Shown here: positions 18,212 through 27,594 of the stretch, in pieces
How the letters are laid out: the number at the start of each line of letters is the position of its first letter
Numbering within the stretch: position 1 is the stretch's first letter
Assembly (NCBI GenBank): GCA_033763315.1
Contig: JANRKS010000035.1
Coordinates: 64,001 to 128,000 of the forward strand
Source of the DNA: Deltaproteobacteria bacterium
Lineage (GTDB): Bacteria > Myxococcota_A > Polyangia > Fen-1088
Reading direction: 5' to 3'
Length of the DNA stretch: 64,000 bases
The notes under the pieces: generated by a model
The model's database searches: none
Seen by the model: only the letters and a program-made list of their open reading frames with translations
Told to the model about the DNA's origin: nothing
Translations under genes and position numbers: made by a program

Positions 18212-18262
18212 CAGCCCCGGTGGGAGCCCCGGTCCAGCCCCACACGAGCCCCACCGGGGTTG
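18212..18262. promoter_or_regulatory. Candidate enhancer (UAS) for the FHA-bEBP
   Basis: AGCCCC at 18213, 18225, 18236, 18247 (spacing 12/11/11) nested in inverted repeat CCCCGGTGGG (18215-18224) / CCCACCGGGG (18250-18259). Confidence 0.5.
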
Positions 18263-18308
18263 AGCACTCATTGTGATTGCCGTTCCCGCAGCTATCTTTG
18301 CCCGTCGC

Positions 18309-19760
18309 ATGAGTTCGATTGCTGATGCCTCCGCACACTTGACCGTCACGGCGAACCAACCCACGGCAGTGGGCTCGCCAGATGCACGTTCGCCCACGCA
18401 GGCGAAGCCGTTTCTCATTGTCATCGGTGATGCAGCACGACGGGGGGAGCCCCCTCCCCCAGCCAGCAGACTAATACCTATCGGGGACCTTCTCCCCATC
18501 GGCCGCGCGGTCAAGGGAAACGGTTGGACCCTTTCCCACCGCCGCGCCTCTTCCAGGCATGCGGTGATTCGTAAGGAAGCCACCGGCTACGTCGTTTCCG
18601 ACACCGCCAGCACCAACGGCAGCTTCAAGAATGGCCACCTCGTGGAGGCCGACGCGCCTTTGTCGAATGGCGATTTGCTGTTCTTTGGTGGACACGCCGC
18701 CGTGTTTCGCCTGCTCACCCCCGAAGACGCCGAAGACATTGGGCACGGTTTGCAATCGCCGTTTACGCAGGTGGCATCCGCCAGTCTGGCGGTGGCCCGG
18801 TTAGAAGCAAAGCTGCGCGTTCTTGCGCCCACATCCAGCGAGGTTCTGCTGGTGGGCGAAACGGGTGTGGGCAAGGAAGTGTATGCCGCCGCGATCCACG
18901 CCGCCAGTGGCCGCAAAGGCGCCTTTGTGCCGGTCAACTGCGCCGCCATCCCGCGGGATCTCGTTGAAAGCGAGTTGTTTGGCTACGCCAAAGGCGCGCA
19001 TTCGCAAGCCATTCAACCCAAAGCAGGCTTGGTTGATGCAGCGGTGGGCGGCACCTTGTTTCTCGACGAATTGGGGGACATGCCACACAGCGCACAAGCC
19101 AAGTTGCTTCGCTTTTTGCAAACGCGTGAAGTGATGCCGCTCGGTGCCACGCGCGCCAAACAGCTTGACGTCCGCGTCGTGGCCGCAACCAGCCGCATGG
19201 AGCCCGAAGCGGATTCACCTGGCTTACGTGCGGACTTGGTGGGGCGAATGGGCGCCGCCGCCATCACTTTGCCTGCCCTGCGCGAACGGCGTGAAGACAT
19301 AGGCGCGTTCATTGATCACCAAGTCGCCGCAAGCCGGACAACGGATACGCCGTTTGAGATCGATCCGTCTTTGTTCTTCGCGCTCTGCCTTTACCGCTGG
19401 CCGCGCAACATCCGGGAGCTTACGAACGTGGTTCACACAGCCACCCTCTTTGCGGGTGTCGCCACGACGATGACGTTCAGGCACGTGCCAGAGTCGCTGC
19501 TCACCATTCTTGATCCGCAAACAAGCTCGGCCGAACCGCCCAGAAAAGCGGACGGCGACACTTCACGTCGCCCCGCCAACACCCGCCGACCGCCTCGCGA
19601 ACTGCCAACGCGGGCAGAGCTGGAACGAGAACTCTCCACTCACCAAGGCAACGTAATGAGGGTGGCGCGCGCGCTTGATCGGCACCCCAAAGTGATCCGC
19701 CGCGCCTTGCAGCAGCACCAGATCGAGGCCAATGCCTTTCGAGTTCCAAAGCGCCCCTAA
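18309..19760 (+). CDS. FHA-domain sigma54-interacting transcriptional activator (bEBP, NtrC/Fis family)
   Basis: FHA (IGR..ASSRHA..DTASTNGS); GETGVGKE, ESELFG, LFLDELGD, WPRNIREL; C-terminal HTH; GAFTGA loop reads GAHSQA. Confidence 0.92.
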   Translation: MSSIADASAHLTVTANQPTAVGSPDARSPTQAKPFLIVIGDAARRGEPPPPASRLIPIGDLLPIGRAVKGNGWTLSHRRASSRHAVIRKEATGYVVSDTASTNGSFKNGHLVEADAPLSNGDLLFFGGHAAVFRLLTPEDAEDIGHGLQSPFTQVASASLAVARLEAKLRVLAPTSSEVLLVGETGVGKEVYAAAIHAASGRKGAFVPVNCAAIPRDLVESELFGYAKGAHSQAIQPKAGLVDAAVGGTLFLDELGDMPHSAQAKLLRFLQTREVMPLGATRAKQLDVRVVAATSRMEPEADSPGLRADLVGRMGAAAITLPALRERREDIGAFIDHQVAASRTTDTPFEIDPSLFFALCLYRWPRNIRELTNVVHTATLFAGVATTMTFRHVPESLLTILDPQTSSAEPPRKADGDTSRRPANTRRPPRELPTRAELERELSTHQGNVMRVARALDRHPKVIRRALQQHQIEANAFRVPKRP

Positions 19761-19812
19761 GTTAGGACGTAACCCTTCACAGGTGCCGTTAGATGAGGAA
19801 CGCGTCCGCCCA

Positions 19813-20856
19813 TTAATGTGCGGCAGATGATCCGGCACGGGCCGCAGGCCTTTGCCAGTAGCGTCGAGACTCGGGATCGCGCTTGTGTTGTTGATAGAGC
19901 CACACGGCCAATCCAAGCCCTAGCACCACCGACACAACGCCGATGAACTGCGACGTTGAAAGCGGGCCCACGTTGCCTCGTTGATCGTCATCGCGCAGCA
20001 GCTCAAGCAACGGGCGCAAGGTGCCATAGCCCAGCACCCATCCCAGAAACACTTGCCCCGAAAACGTGCGCCGTTTGCGCAACCACATGAGCAATCCGAA
20101 CAGCGCGAACCCCACCAACGACTCGTAGATCTGCGTCGGATGAACCGGCAAGGAGGCTGCCGCATCCGGTGTGATCAGGCCCAAGCGAATGTGCCGATCC
20201 CACGCCGCGCTGCCATTCGGAAAGGCCAACGCCCACGGTACGTCGCTAGGTCGCCCGAAATCGCAGCCATACAGCAAGCAACCCAAGCGCGTGATGCCTG
20301 TTCCCAACACCACGGCGGGCGCCGAGACATCGGCCCACTGCAAAAGTGGAATGCGCCGCCGGCGGCATCCGTACCAACTGGCACAGAAGCCCCCAATCAT
20401 GCCGCCGTAGGCCACCATGCCGCCTTTGTGCAGGCTAAGCGCGTCCGCAAGGCCGGTAAAGTCGTTGAGGTTCGTCAGCACATAGAGAATCCGCGCGCCC
20501 ACCATGGCCCAAATGGCGGTCCACATGTAGATGGCGCCCGCTTGGTCCGCTGTGATGCCGTCTTGTTTGGCCAGCTTCATCACCAAGTACCAGCCCACCA
20601 CCAGCGACGTGCCCAGCATCACGCCGTAAGAAAAGATCGGCAACGCCACCCATTCCTCTTTAAACACGGCCGCCGAAGGCACCCAGCTGCCGCCACGCAA
20701 GCCCATCAGCGCCCACGCCGCCGCAACCAGCCAAAGCGGCGTTGAAATGCGTCCGCGGCGCTTTTTCCAAAGGTTCCACGCAAGCACGGCCAGCGCCATC
20801 ACAAGCGCGAAAACGGCCAGGCCTTTTGACGGCAGCTCAATGAGAATGGGGCGCAT
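19813..20856 (-). CDS. lgt: Prolipoprotein diacylglyceryl transferase
   Basis: SYGVML, VGARILYV, GGMVAYGGMIGG, RLGCLLYGCDFG, HPTQIYES. Confidence 0.92.
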   Translation of the reverse strand: MRPILIELPSKGLAVFALVMALAVLAWNLWKKRRGRISTPLWLVAAAWALMGLRGGSWVPSAAVFKEEWVALPIFSYGVMLGTSLVVGWYLVMKLAKQDGITADQAGAIYMWTAIWAMVGARILYVLTNLNDFTGLADALSLHKGGMVAYGGMIGGFCASWYGCRRRRIPLLQWADVSAPAVVLGTGITRLGCLLYGCDFGRPSDVPWALAFPNGSAAWDRHIRLGLITPDAAASLPVHPTQIYESLVGFALFGLLMWLRKRRTFSGQVFLGWVLGYGTLRPLLELLRDDDQRGNVGPLSTSQFIGVVSVVLGLGLAVWLYQQHKRDPESRRYWQRPAARAGSSAAH

Positions 20857-20882
20857 GCGTGGGCCCATGGTAGCAGCCGCGC

Positions 20883-20929
20883 AAAAGAAAGGCCCCAGCG
20901 TTTCGTCTCGCAACGAAAGGCCAGGGCCC
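20883..20929 (-). terminator. Probable intrinsic terminator after dnaK
   Basis: minus strand GGCCC...TTTCGT-loop-ACGAAA...GGGCC followed by TTTCTTTT. Confidence 0.5.
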
Positions 20930-20947
20930 GGACTTCACATCAACCGA

Positions 20948-22858
20948 CTAGCTCTTTGGCGAATCTGTGAATTCAGCGTCGATCACGCCGTCATCTGATT
21001 GCCCACCCGGAGCCGCACCCGCCGCAGCTGCGCCCTCGCCGCCCTGACCTGCGTTCTTGTAAAGGGACTCCGCCATCTTGTGAGAGGCCTTCTGCAAGCG
21101 CTCAAACGCACCTTCAAACACAGAGGCTTCTTTGGGCGTCTTGTTGTTTTCCAACACGTCTTTGCCGTCTTTGAGCGCCGCTTCAAGCTCGCCACGTTCG
21201 GTGGCGGGGATCTTGTCGCGGTTCTCTTCGAGGTGCTTCTCGACGCTGAACACCAAGCCTTCAAGGTTGTTGCGCTTCTCGATCGCTTCGCGGCGTGCTT
21301 TGTCGTCCGCTTCGTGATCTTGCGCTTCTTTGACCATGCGCTCGATGTCGCTTTCCGAAAGGCCCGAAGACGCCGTGATGGTGATCTTCTGCTCTTTGTT
21401 GCTGGCCTTGTCTTTCGCCGAAACGTTCACGATGCCGTTGGCGTCGATGTCGAACGTGACTTCGATTTGAGGCACGCCACGCGGAGCCGAAGGAATGCCT
21501 TCCAAGCCGAACTTGCCAAGCAAGCGGTTGTCGTTCGCCATAGGGCGCTCGCCTTGGAACACCTTCACTTCAACCGACGTTTGGTTGTCAGCCGCCGTGG
21601 AGAAAGTCTCCGACTTCTTCGTGGGGATTGTGGTGTTGCGTGGGATGAGCGTGGTCATCACGCCGCCCAGGGTCTCGATGCCCAAGGACAGCGGGGTGAC
21701 GTCGAGCAGCAACATATCCTTCACGTCGCCCGAGAGCACGCCCGCTTGCACGGCTGCACCCAAGGCCACAACCTCGTCAGGGTTCACACCCCGGTGAGGC
21801 TCTTTGCCAAAGAATTCCTGAACGGCTTTTTGCACCATCGGAATGCGGGTTGAACCACCCACCAACACAACTTCGTGAATGTCAGACGCCTTCTTGCCTG
21901 CGTCGGACAAAGCCTTCTTCACAGGCTCAATCGTGCGCTTGACCAAGTCGTCGATCAATTGCTCAAACTTCGCACGCGACAGCTTGATTTGCAGATGCTT
22001 TGGACCCGACGCATCGGCCGTGAGGAACGGCAAGTTGATTTCTGTCTCCATCACTGAAGACAATTCAATCTTCGCCTTTTCAGCGGCTTCACGCAGACGC
22101 TGCAGCACCATCTTGTCTTTCGAGACGTCGATGCCTTGGTCTTTCTTGAACTCGTCAATCAGCCATTGCATCACGCGAGCATCAACGTCATCGCCACCCA
22201 GGTGGGTGTCGCCGTTCGTGGACACAACTTCAACCACGTTCTCGCCCACTTCAAGCACCGAGATGTCGAACGTACCGCCACCGAAGTCGTAAACAACGAT
22301 GAGTTCGTCCTTCTTCTTATCCAAGCCGTAAGCCAACGCGGCGGCTGTAGGCTCGTTGACGATTCGCTTAACCTCAAGGCCGGCGATCTTGCCCGCGTCT
22401 TTGGTGGCTTGGCGTTGCGCATCGTTGAAGTACGCAGGAACCGTGATGACGGCCTCCGTGACGGACTCGCCCAAGTACTGCTCAGCGGCGCGCTTGAGCT
22501 TGCCCAACACCTTGGCGGACACCTCCGGGGGCGACATCTTCTTGCCGCGCACCTCGATCATGGCCTCGCCGTTGCCGCCCTTTACAACCTTGTAAGGGAT
22601 GCGCTGCGCTTCGCTTTGCACCTCGTCGGCGCGGCGGCCGATGAAGCGCTTGGCGGAGTAAATCGTGTTTTCGGGGTTGGTGATCGACTGCCGCTTGGCA
22701 ATCTGGCCCACCAAAATCTCGCCCTTGTCATCCCAGGCCACGACGGACGGCGTCAAACGGCTGCCCTCTTCGTTCGGGATGACCTTTGGCTCCTTGCCAT
22801 CCATGATGGCCACCACGCTGTTCGTGGTCCCGAGGTCAATACCAATGATCTTTCCCAT
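20948..22858 (-). CDS. dnaK: Chaperone DnaK (Hsp70)
   Basis: [49 protein letters not shown]-terminal DGVIDAEF. Confidence 0.98.
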   Translation of the reverse strand: MGKIIGIDLGTTNSVVAIMDGKEPKVIPNEEGSRLTPSVVAWDDKGEILVGQIAKRQSITNPENTIYSAKRFIGRRADEVQSEAQRIPYKVVKGGNGEAMIEVRGKKMSPPEVSAKVLGKLKRAAEQYLGESVTEAVITVPAYFNDAQRQATKDAGKIAGLEVKRIVNEPTAAALAYGLDKKKDELIVVYDFGGGTFDISVLEVGENVVEVVSTNGDTHLGGDDVDARVMQWLIDEFKKDQGIDVSKDKMVLQRLREAAEKAKIELSSVMETEINLPFLTADASGPKHLQIKLSRAKFEQLIDDLVKRTIEPVKKALSDAGKKASDIHEVVLVGGSTRIPMVQKAVQEFFGKEPHRGVNPDEVVALGAAVQAGVLSGDVKDMLLLDVTPLSLGIETLGGVMTTLIPRNTTIPTKKSETFSTAADNQTSVEVKVFQGERPMANDNRLLGKFGLEGIPSAPRGVPQIEVTFDIDANGIVNVSAKDKASNKEQKITITASSGLSESDIERMVKEAQDHEADDKARREAIEKRNNLEGLVFSVEKHLEENRDKIPATERGELEAALKDGKDVLENNKTPKEASVFEGAFERLQKASHKMAESLYKNAGQGGEGAAAAGAAPGGQSDDGVIDAEFTDSPKS

Positions 22859-22909
22859 AGTTAGTCGTCCTTTCGAGTGCGCGAGGAATACATCTGCGTT
22901 TCGAGGTGC

Positions 22910-22938
22910 AACGTAAGCACCGCGCGTAAGAGCGTCAA
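22910..22938 (-). promoter_or_regulatory. sigma70-type promoter of dnaK
   Basis: TTGACG-N17-TACGTT on the minus strand. Confidence 0.55.
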
Positions 22939-23017
22939 GGCAGCACGTGGGATGATGGGGCGTAATCGCACAAATGGGTACGCCCCCGCTTGTGTCGGCA
23001 CCCCACATGGTCGCGTC

Positions 23018-23058
23018 GCATGTGATGCACAGATCATCACGTCTTGCATCTTGATGCA
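23018..23058. promoter_or_regulatory. Probable vapBC autoregulatory operator
   Basis: palindrome TGCATC-TT-GATGCA (23045-23058) and related GCATGTGATGC (23018-23028) just upstream of the antitoxin. Confidence 0.5.
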
Positions 23059-23078
23059 CGCCCTGGCAGCCTTGGGGG

Positions 23079-23351
23079 GTGCGTACGACTGTGGACATCG
23101 ATCCGGTGGCGCTTGAGCGCGCAAAGGCGCTTGCTCAAAAACAGAACAGGACACTGGGATCCGTGATCTCAGAGGCACTCACGGCGTACGCCACGCGGGT
23201 GCCGGCGGTTCAGGCAGAACCACCGTTTGAACTCATCGTTCGCGGGCGGCCCGGGGCCCGGTTTCCCACGGGGGCGCAGATATCCCAGGCGGAAGAAGAC
23301 GAGGACGTCGAATCGTTGCGCATACCCGGATCGCGCCGTGCTGATTCCTGA
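23079..23351 (+). CDS. vapB: Type II TA antitoxin, VapB (ribbon-helix-helix)
   Basis: [30 protein letters not shown]; overlaps the PIN toxin gene. Confidence 0.85.
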   Translation: MRTTVDIDPVALERAKALAQKQNRTLGSVISEALTAYATRVPAVQAEPPFELIVRGRPGARFPTGAQISQAEEDEDVESLRIPGSRRADS

Positions 23352-23769
23352 CGTCAACGTACTCATCTACGCGCATCGCGCGGAGTCACCCGAACACGAT
23401 CGATATGCCGACTGGCTAAGGCGCCTTGCCCTAGGGCCAGAGCCGTTTGCCCTATCGGACCTCGGTGCCAGCGGGTTTGTGAGGATCGTGACCAATCCAA
23501 AGATCTGGGACGTTCCAACGAACACTTTGGACGCGATTGCCTTCATCGACCGCTTGCGCTCACGCTTTCACGCGCGCCCCCTTCATCACGGACCAGCGAG
23601 CTGGAAGATCTTTTCCGACCTCTGCGTTGAAGCCAAGGCGCGCGGCAAACTGGTTGCCGATGCCTACCACGCAGCGCTTGCCATCGAGCATGGCTGCGAA
23701 CTCGTGACCTGCGATGGCGATTTCGCAAGATTCGCAGGGTTACGGCATCGCCATCCCTTGGCCAGTTAG
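23338..23769 (+). CDS. vapC: Type II TA toxin, VapC (PIN ribonuclease)
   Basis: [44 protein letters not shown]. Confidence 0.92.
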   Translation: MLIPDVNVLIYAHRAESPEHDRYADWLRRLALGPEPFALSDLGASGFVRIVTNPKIWDVPTNTLDAIAFIDRLRSRFHARPLHHGPASWKIFSDLCVEAKARGKLVADAYHAALAIEHGCELVTCDGDFARFAGLRHRHPLAS

Positions 23770-23826
23770 CTTCATTCGGCCGCGGACATCTTGAGATTGC
23801 GCGCGCAGCCATTTATTATCAGTCAC

Positions 23827-24789
23827 ATGATAAAAAATGGACTCTTGGGATTGCTCGTCGGGGGGCTCGTCGGCGGCTGCCAAGGCGCGCCCCCCGCCCC
23901 CGCGGGCTACCAGGGCGTTGTGGAGTACGAGGCGCGGTCGCTGTCGTTTGAGGTGCCGGGCAAGCTCACCAAGGTCGCGGCCGCCCGGGGCGACATCGTG
24001 CACGCCGGCGCTGAATTGGCGGCGCTTGACGACGAGCTGGCCCGCCTCACGGTGGAAGCGTCGCAGGAGGATGCGGCCGCGGCGCAATCGCAAACCAAGG
24101 TGGTGAAGCAAGGCGCCCGCCCTGAAGAGATCCGAGCGATGACCAGCCAAGTGGCGGCGGCCAAAGCACTTGAAGATCAAGTGGCAAACAATCTGGCGCG
24201 CACCGAGCGTTTGGTGGCAGGTGGCGCGCGCCCCCCAAGCGCGGCGGATGATCTGCGATCGGAATTTGAACGCGCCAAGCAAACGCGCATGGCGCTTGAA
24301 CAACAGTTGGCAGCGCTGCGCAGCGGCGCGCGTGCGCCGGAAGTTGCCACGGCCCAAGCGCGTGCGGCGGCAGCGGCTGCGGCAGCGCGTTTGGCGCAGA
24401 CACGCTTGAGCAAATACAAACTGGTGGCGGATGCGGATGCCTACGTGCTTGAAGCGCCGGTGAAAGTGGGCGAAGTGGTGGGCGCGGGCGCGGCCATCTT
24501 CACCGTGGCCGACACCACAAAACCTTACGCGGATGTGTTCGTGCCCATGACAGCCATCGGCTCGTTTCGCGTGGGCGCCAAAGCGCAACTGCGGGTGGAC
24601 ACGCAAGCCGTGCCGTTTTCGGCGCACGTTGAACAGATCGGCCAACAAACCGAGTTCACGCCGCGCTTCGTGTTCAGCGAACGCGAACGAGCGAACCTGA
24701 TGTACCGCGTGCGTGTGCGCATTGATGATCCCGAACGGCAGCTGCACGCGGGCCTGCCTGCGTTCATGACGTTGGCGGCGGGCCAATGA
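23827..24789 (+). CDS. HlyD-family membrane fusion protein (lipoprotein) of ABC efflux system
   Basis: lipobox VGGC, lipoyl half-motifs, coiled coil GARPEEI, EFTPR..ERERANLMYRVRV. Confidence 0.88.
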   Translation: MIKNGLLGLLVGGLVGGCQGAPPAPAGYQGVVEYEARSLSFEVPGKLTKVAAARGDIVHAGAELAALDDELARLTVEASQEDAAAAQSQTKVVKQGARPEEIRAMTSQVAAAKALEDQVANNLARTERLVAGGARPPSAADDLRSEFERAKQTRMALEQQLAALRSGARAPEVATAQARAAAAAAAARLAQTRLSKYKLVADADAYVLEAPVKVGEVVGAGAAIFTVADTTKPYADVFVPMTAIGSFRVGAKAQLRVDTQAVPFSAHVEQIGQQTEFTPRFVFSERERANLMYRVRVRIDDPERQLHAGLPAFMTLAAGQ

Positions 24790-25754
24790 CCAGGGCAAGC
24801 ACCGAGCCCATCATCGAAACGCGAGCCCTCAGCCGCAAGTTCGGCAGCTTGGTGGCCGTTCGCGATCTCAACCTACGCGTGAACAAAGGCGAGATCTTCG
24901 GCGTATTGGGACCCAACGGCGCGGGCAAATCAACCACCATCCGCATGTTGTGCGGCATCTTGGATCCCACGGGCGGCACAGGGAAAGTGGTGGGCTTCGA
25001 TGTAGCGACGCAACCCGAGCGCATCAAGGCGCACATCGGGTACATGACCCAACGCTTCAGCCTCTATGAAGATCTCACCGTGCAAGAGAACCTAACGTTC
25101 TATGCCGGGCTGTATGGCGTACCGTTCGCAAAGAAGCGCGCGCTTGTGAATGAGGTTATGGAACGCACGGAGCTTGCTGGCCGCCGCAAACAGTTGGCAG
25201 GCACGCTGTCCGGTGGTTGGAAGCAGCGTGTGGCCTTGGCCAGTGCCACCATTCACGATCCGCCGCTGTTGTTTTTGGATGAGCCCACCGCAGGCGTGGA
25301 TCCCGTGAGCCGGCGTGATTTCTGGGAACAGATCCATCTGCTTTCCGCCAAGGGCACAACCGTTCTATTGACCACGCATTACATGGATGAAGCCGAGCGT
25401 TGCCACCGCTTGGCCTTCATCTTCCGCGGCACCGTGCTTGACGAAGGAACACCGGAGGACGTGGTGGCGCACCGTCATCTCAACGTGGCCGAGCTGCGCG
25501 TGGACGCTGCGGTGAAAGCGGCGGCGAAACTACGGGCAGAGCCCGATGTTGATGAAGTGGCGCACTATGGGCACACGTTGCGCGTGGCCACGCGTGGGGT
25601 TGATGCTTTGGCCTTGGCACAGCGGGTGTGCCAAGCGAACAACATCACGATCGAAGGCGCGCAGCCTTCGCGGCCCACGGTGGAAGATGCGTTCGTGTCG
25701 ATGGTGCGTGAAGACCGTCGCCAACAGGGCACGCCCCAGGAGCACGCGTCGTGA
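24786..25754 (+). CDS. ABC transporter ATP-binding protein (ABC-2, YbhF-like)
   Basis: GPNGAGKST, LSGGWKQR, LFLDEPTAGVDP, TTHYMDEAE; ATGA overlap with upstream gene. Confidence 0.95.
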   Translation: MTRASTEPIIETRALSRKFGSLVAVRDLNLRVNKGEIFGVLGPNGAGKSTTIRMLCGILDPTGGTGKVVGFDVATQPERIKAHIGYMTQRFSLYEDLTVQENLTFYAGLYGVPFAKKRALVNEVMERTELAGRRKQLAGTLSGGWKQRVALASATIHDPPLLFLDEPTAGVDPVSRRDFWEQIHLLSAKGTTVLLTTHYMDEAERCHRLAFIFRGTVLDEGTPEDVVAHRHLNVAELRVDAAVKAAAKLRAEPDVDEVAHYGHTLRVATRGVDALALAQRVCQANNITIEGAQPSRPTVEDAFVSMVREDRRQQGTPQEHAS

Positions 25755-26881
25755 TATCGCGGCCCTTGGCCATCGCGTGGAAAGAGCTGCGCCAGCTGCG
25801 CCGCGATCGGCTGACGATGGCGATGATGGCGGTGCTGCCCGTGTTGCAACTGATGCTGTTCGGCTTCGCCATCAACACGGACGTGCGCCACCTGCCGATG
25901 GTGGTCTACGATCAAGCGCGTTCGGCCGAAAGCCGCGATCTCGCGCGCAGCCTCGTGGCCACGGGCTTCTATGACATGGTGGGCGACGTGCGCAGCTACG
26001 CCGAAGTGGAGCGCGCCATGCGGGCCGGCACCGCCAAAGTGGCTCTGGTGGTGCCCCCCGACTACACGCAAGCTTTGATGAGGCGAGATCGAACGGCCAA
26101 GCTGCAGTTGATCATTGATGGCTCCGATCCACAAACGGTAGGTAGCGCCTTGAACACAGCGTCGTCGCTGATTGCCGCGCGTTCCACCGGCCTCATGCTG
26201 GCCCGGGTCGCAGCCGTGGCCGGCACACGCACTGTGCTGCCAATCAACATTGAACCCAACACTTGGTACAACCCCGATCTGCGCACCGCCGTTTATATCG
26301 TACCGGGCCTGGTGGGCGTGATCTTAACCATGACGATGGTGATGCTCACGTCGATGGCGATCGCCCGCGAGCGAGAACGCGGCACGCTGGAACAATTGAT
26401 CGTGTCTCCCATCAACCGGCTTGAGATCGTGCTTGGCAAGATGTTGCCCTACATTGCGATCGGCTACATGCAGATGACGATGATTCTGCTCGCCGGGCGC
26501 ATCGTTTTCCGTGTGCCGATCGTGGGCTCGTTGACTTTGCTTTACGGCGTGGCGTTTTTGTTTATTGCGGCCAATTTGGCTTTGGGTTTGGTGTTTTCAA
26601 CGGTGGCCACCACGCAGCAGCAAGCCATGCAGATGTCATTCTTCTTTTTGCTACCCAACATCCTGCTCTCAGGCTTCATGTTTCCCTTCGAATCCATGCC
26701 AGCGCCCGCGCGCGCGCTTTCGCAATTGCTGCCACTCACCCATTTTTTGCGACTCGTGCGCGGCATCGTGCTTAAAGGCAGTGGATTCGCCGATCTGGCG
26801 CATGAGTTGCTGCCACTTTCGATCATTCTTGTGACCTTGGTGACGCTGGCAGCGTTGCGCTTCCGAAAGAAGTTAATCTAG
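25751..26881 (+). CDS. ABC-2 transporter permease (YbhR/S-like)
   Basis: WKELRQLRRD, ARERERGTLEQL, LLSGFMFPFESMP; multiple TM helices. Confidence 0.93.
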   Translation: MISRPLAIAWKELRQLRRDRLTMAMMAVLPVLQLMLFGFAINTDVRHLPMVVYDQARSAESRDLARSLVATGFYDMVGDVRSYAEVERAMRAGTAKVALVVPPDYTQALMRRDRTAKLQLIIDGSDPQTVGSALNTASSLIAARSTGLMLARVAAVAGTRTVLPINIEPNTWYNPDLRTAVYIVPGLVGVILTMTMVMLTSMAIARERERGTLEQLIVSPINRLEIVLGKMLPYIAIGYMQMTMILLAGRIVFRVPIVGSLTLLYGVAFLFIAANLALGLVFSTVATTQQQAMQMSFFFLLPNILLSGFMFPFESMPAPARALSQLLPLTHFLRLVRGIVLKGSGFADLAHELLPLSIILVTLVTLAALRFRKKLI

Positions 26882-27498
26882 TGCCGCGCCCCAAGTCCAA
26901 CATCGACAAACGCATCCTTGCCGCCGCCAAAGGCTTGTTCTTACGCAGCGGGGTCGACAGCACGTCGCTGCGCCAGATCGCGCAGGACGCGGGCACCAAC
27001 ATCGGGATGGTGTATTACTACTTTCCGTCCAAAGACGAGATCTTCTTTGCGCTGGTGGATGACGTCTATGGCCGGCTTCTTGCCGATCTCGAGCGTGGCC
27101 TATCGCTTGCGGGCGTGGAAGGCACGCCCACGATCGAAAACCGCCTGCGGCAGCTGTTCTTGCGATTGGGCGCGGTCACCAACGACGAAGTGGACGTAAT
27201 TCATCTGGTCTTGCGCGAGGCGCTCAGCTCCACGGAGCGCCGCCAACGCCTCATCGAACGGTTCATGAAGGGGCACATACCGCTCGTGTTCAAACATCTT
27301 CTGCAAGGTCAAGCCGCAGGCGAACTAAGGACCACGTTACACCCCATGGTCTTGTTGTTCTCCACGTTCGCCCTGGCCGGGCCGCCCCAGATCATGCGCA
27401 GACGCGCGACGATGCCCGTAGCACTGGTCCCCGAAGGCAGCGGGCTTTCAGAGCAGCTTCTGGAGGTACTGCTGCACGGGATCTCGAAGAACCACTAG
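26881..27498 (+). CDS. TetR/AcrR-family transcriptional regulator
   Basis: RILAAAKGLF..TSLRQIAQDAGTNIGMVYYYFPSKDEI. Confidence 0.93.
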   Translation: MPRPKSNIDKRILAAAKGLFLRSGVDSTSLRQIAQDAGTNIGMVYYYFPSKDEIFFALVDDVYGRLLADLERGLSLAGVEGTPTIENRLRQLFLRLGAVTNDEVDVIHLVLREALSSTERRQRLIERFMKGHIPLVFKHLLQGQAAGELRTTLHPMVLLFSTFALAGPPQIMRRRATMPVALVPEGSGLSEQLLEVLLHGISKNH

Positions 27499-27594
27499 CC
27501 GAGCTCACCCCGCGAGCCATTTCCGGCAACCACGGCCAAGCTCGCGCGATCAAGTGGCTCGCGAAGACACACCTATTCGGATGTTTTGATCTGT

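Noticed and set aside
22859-23098. 80-aa N-terminal extension of DnaK in the ORF track
   Set aside because: The canonical [11 protein letters not shown] start at 22858 has an AAGGA RBS and a promoter inside the supposed extension
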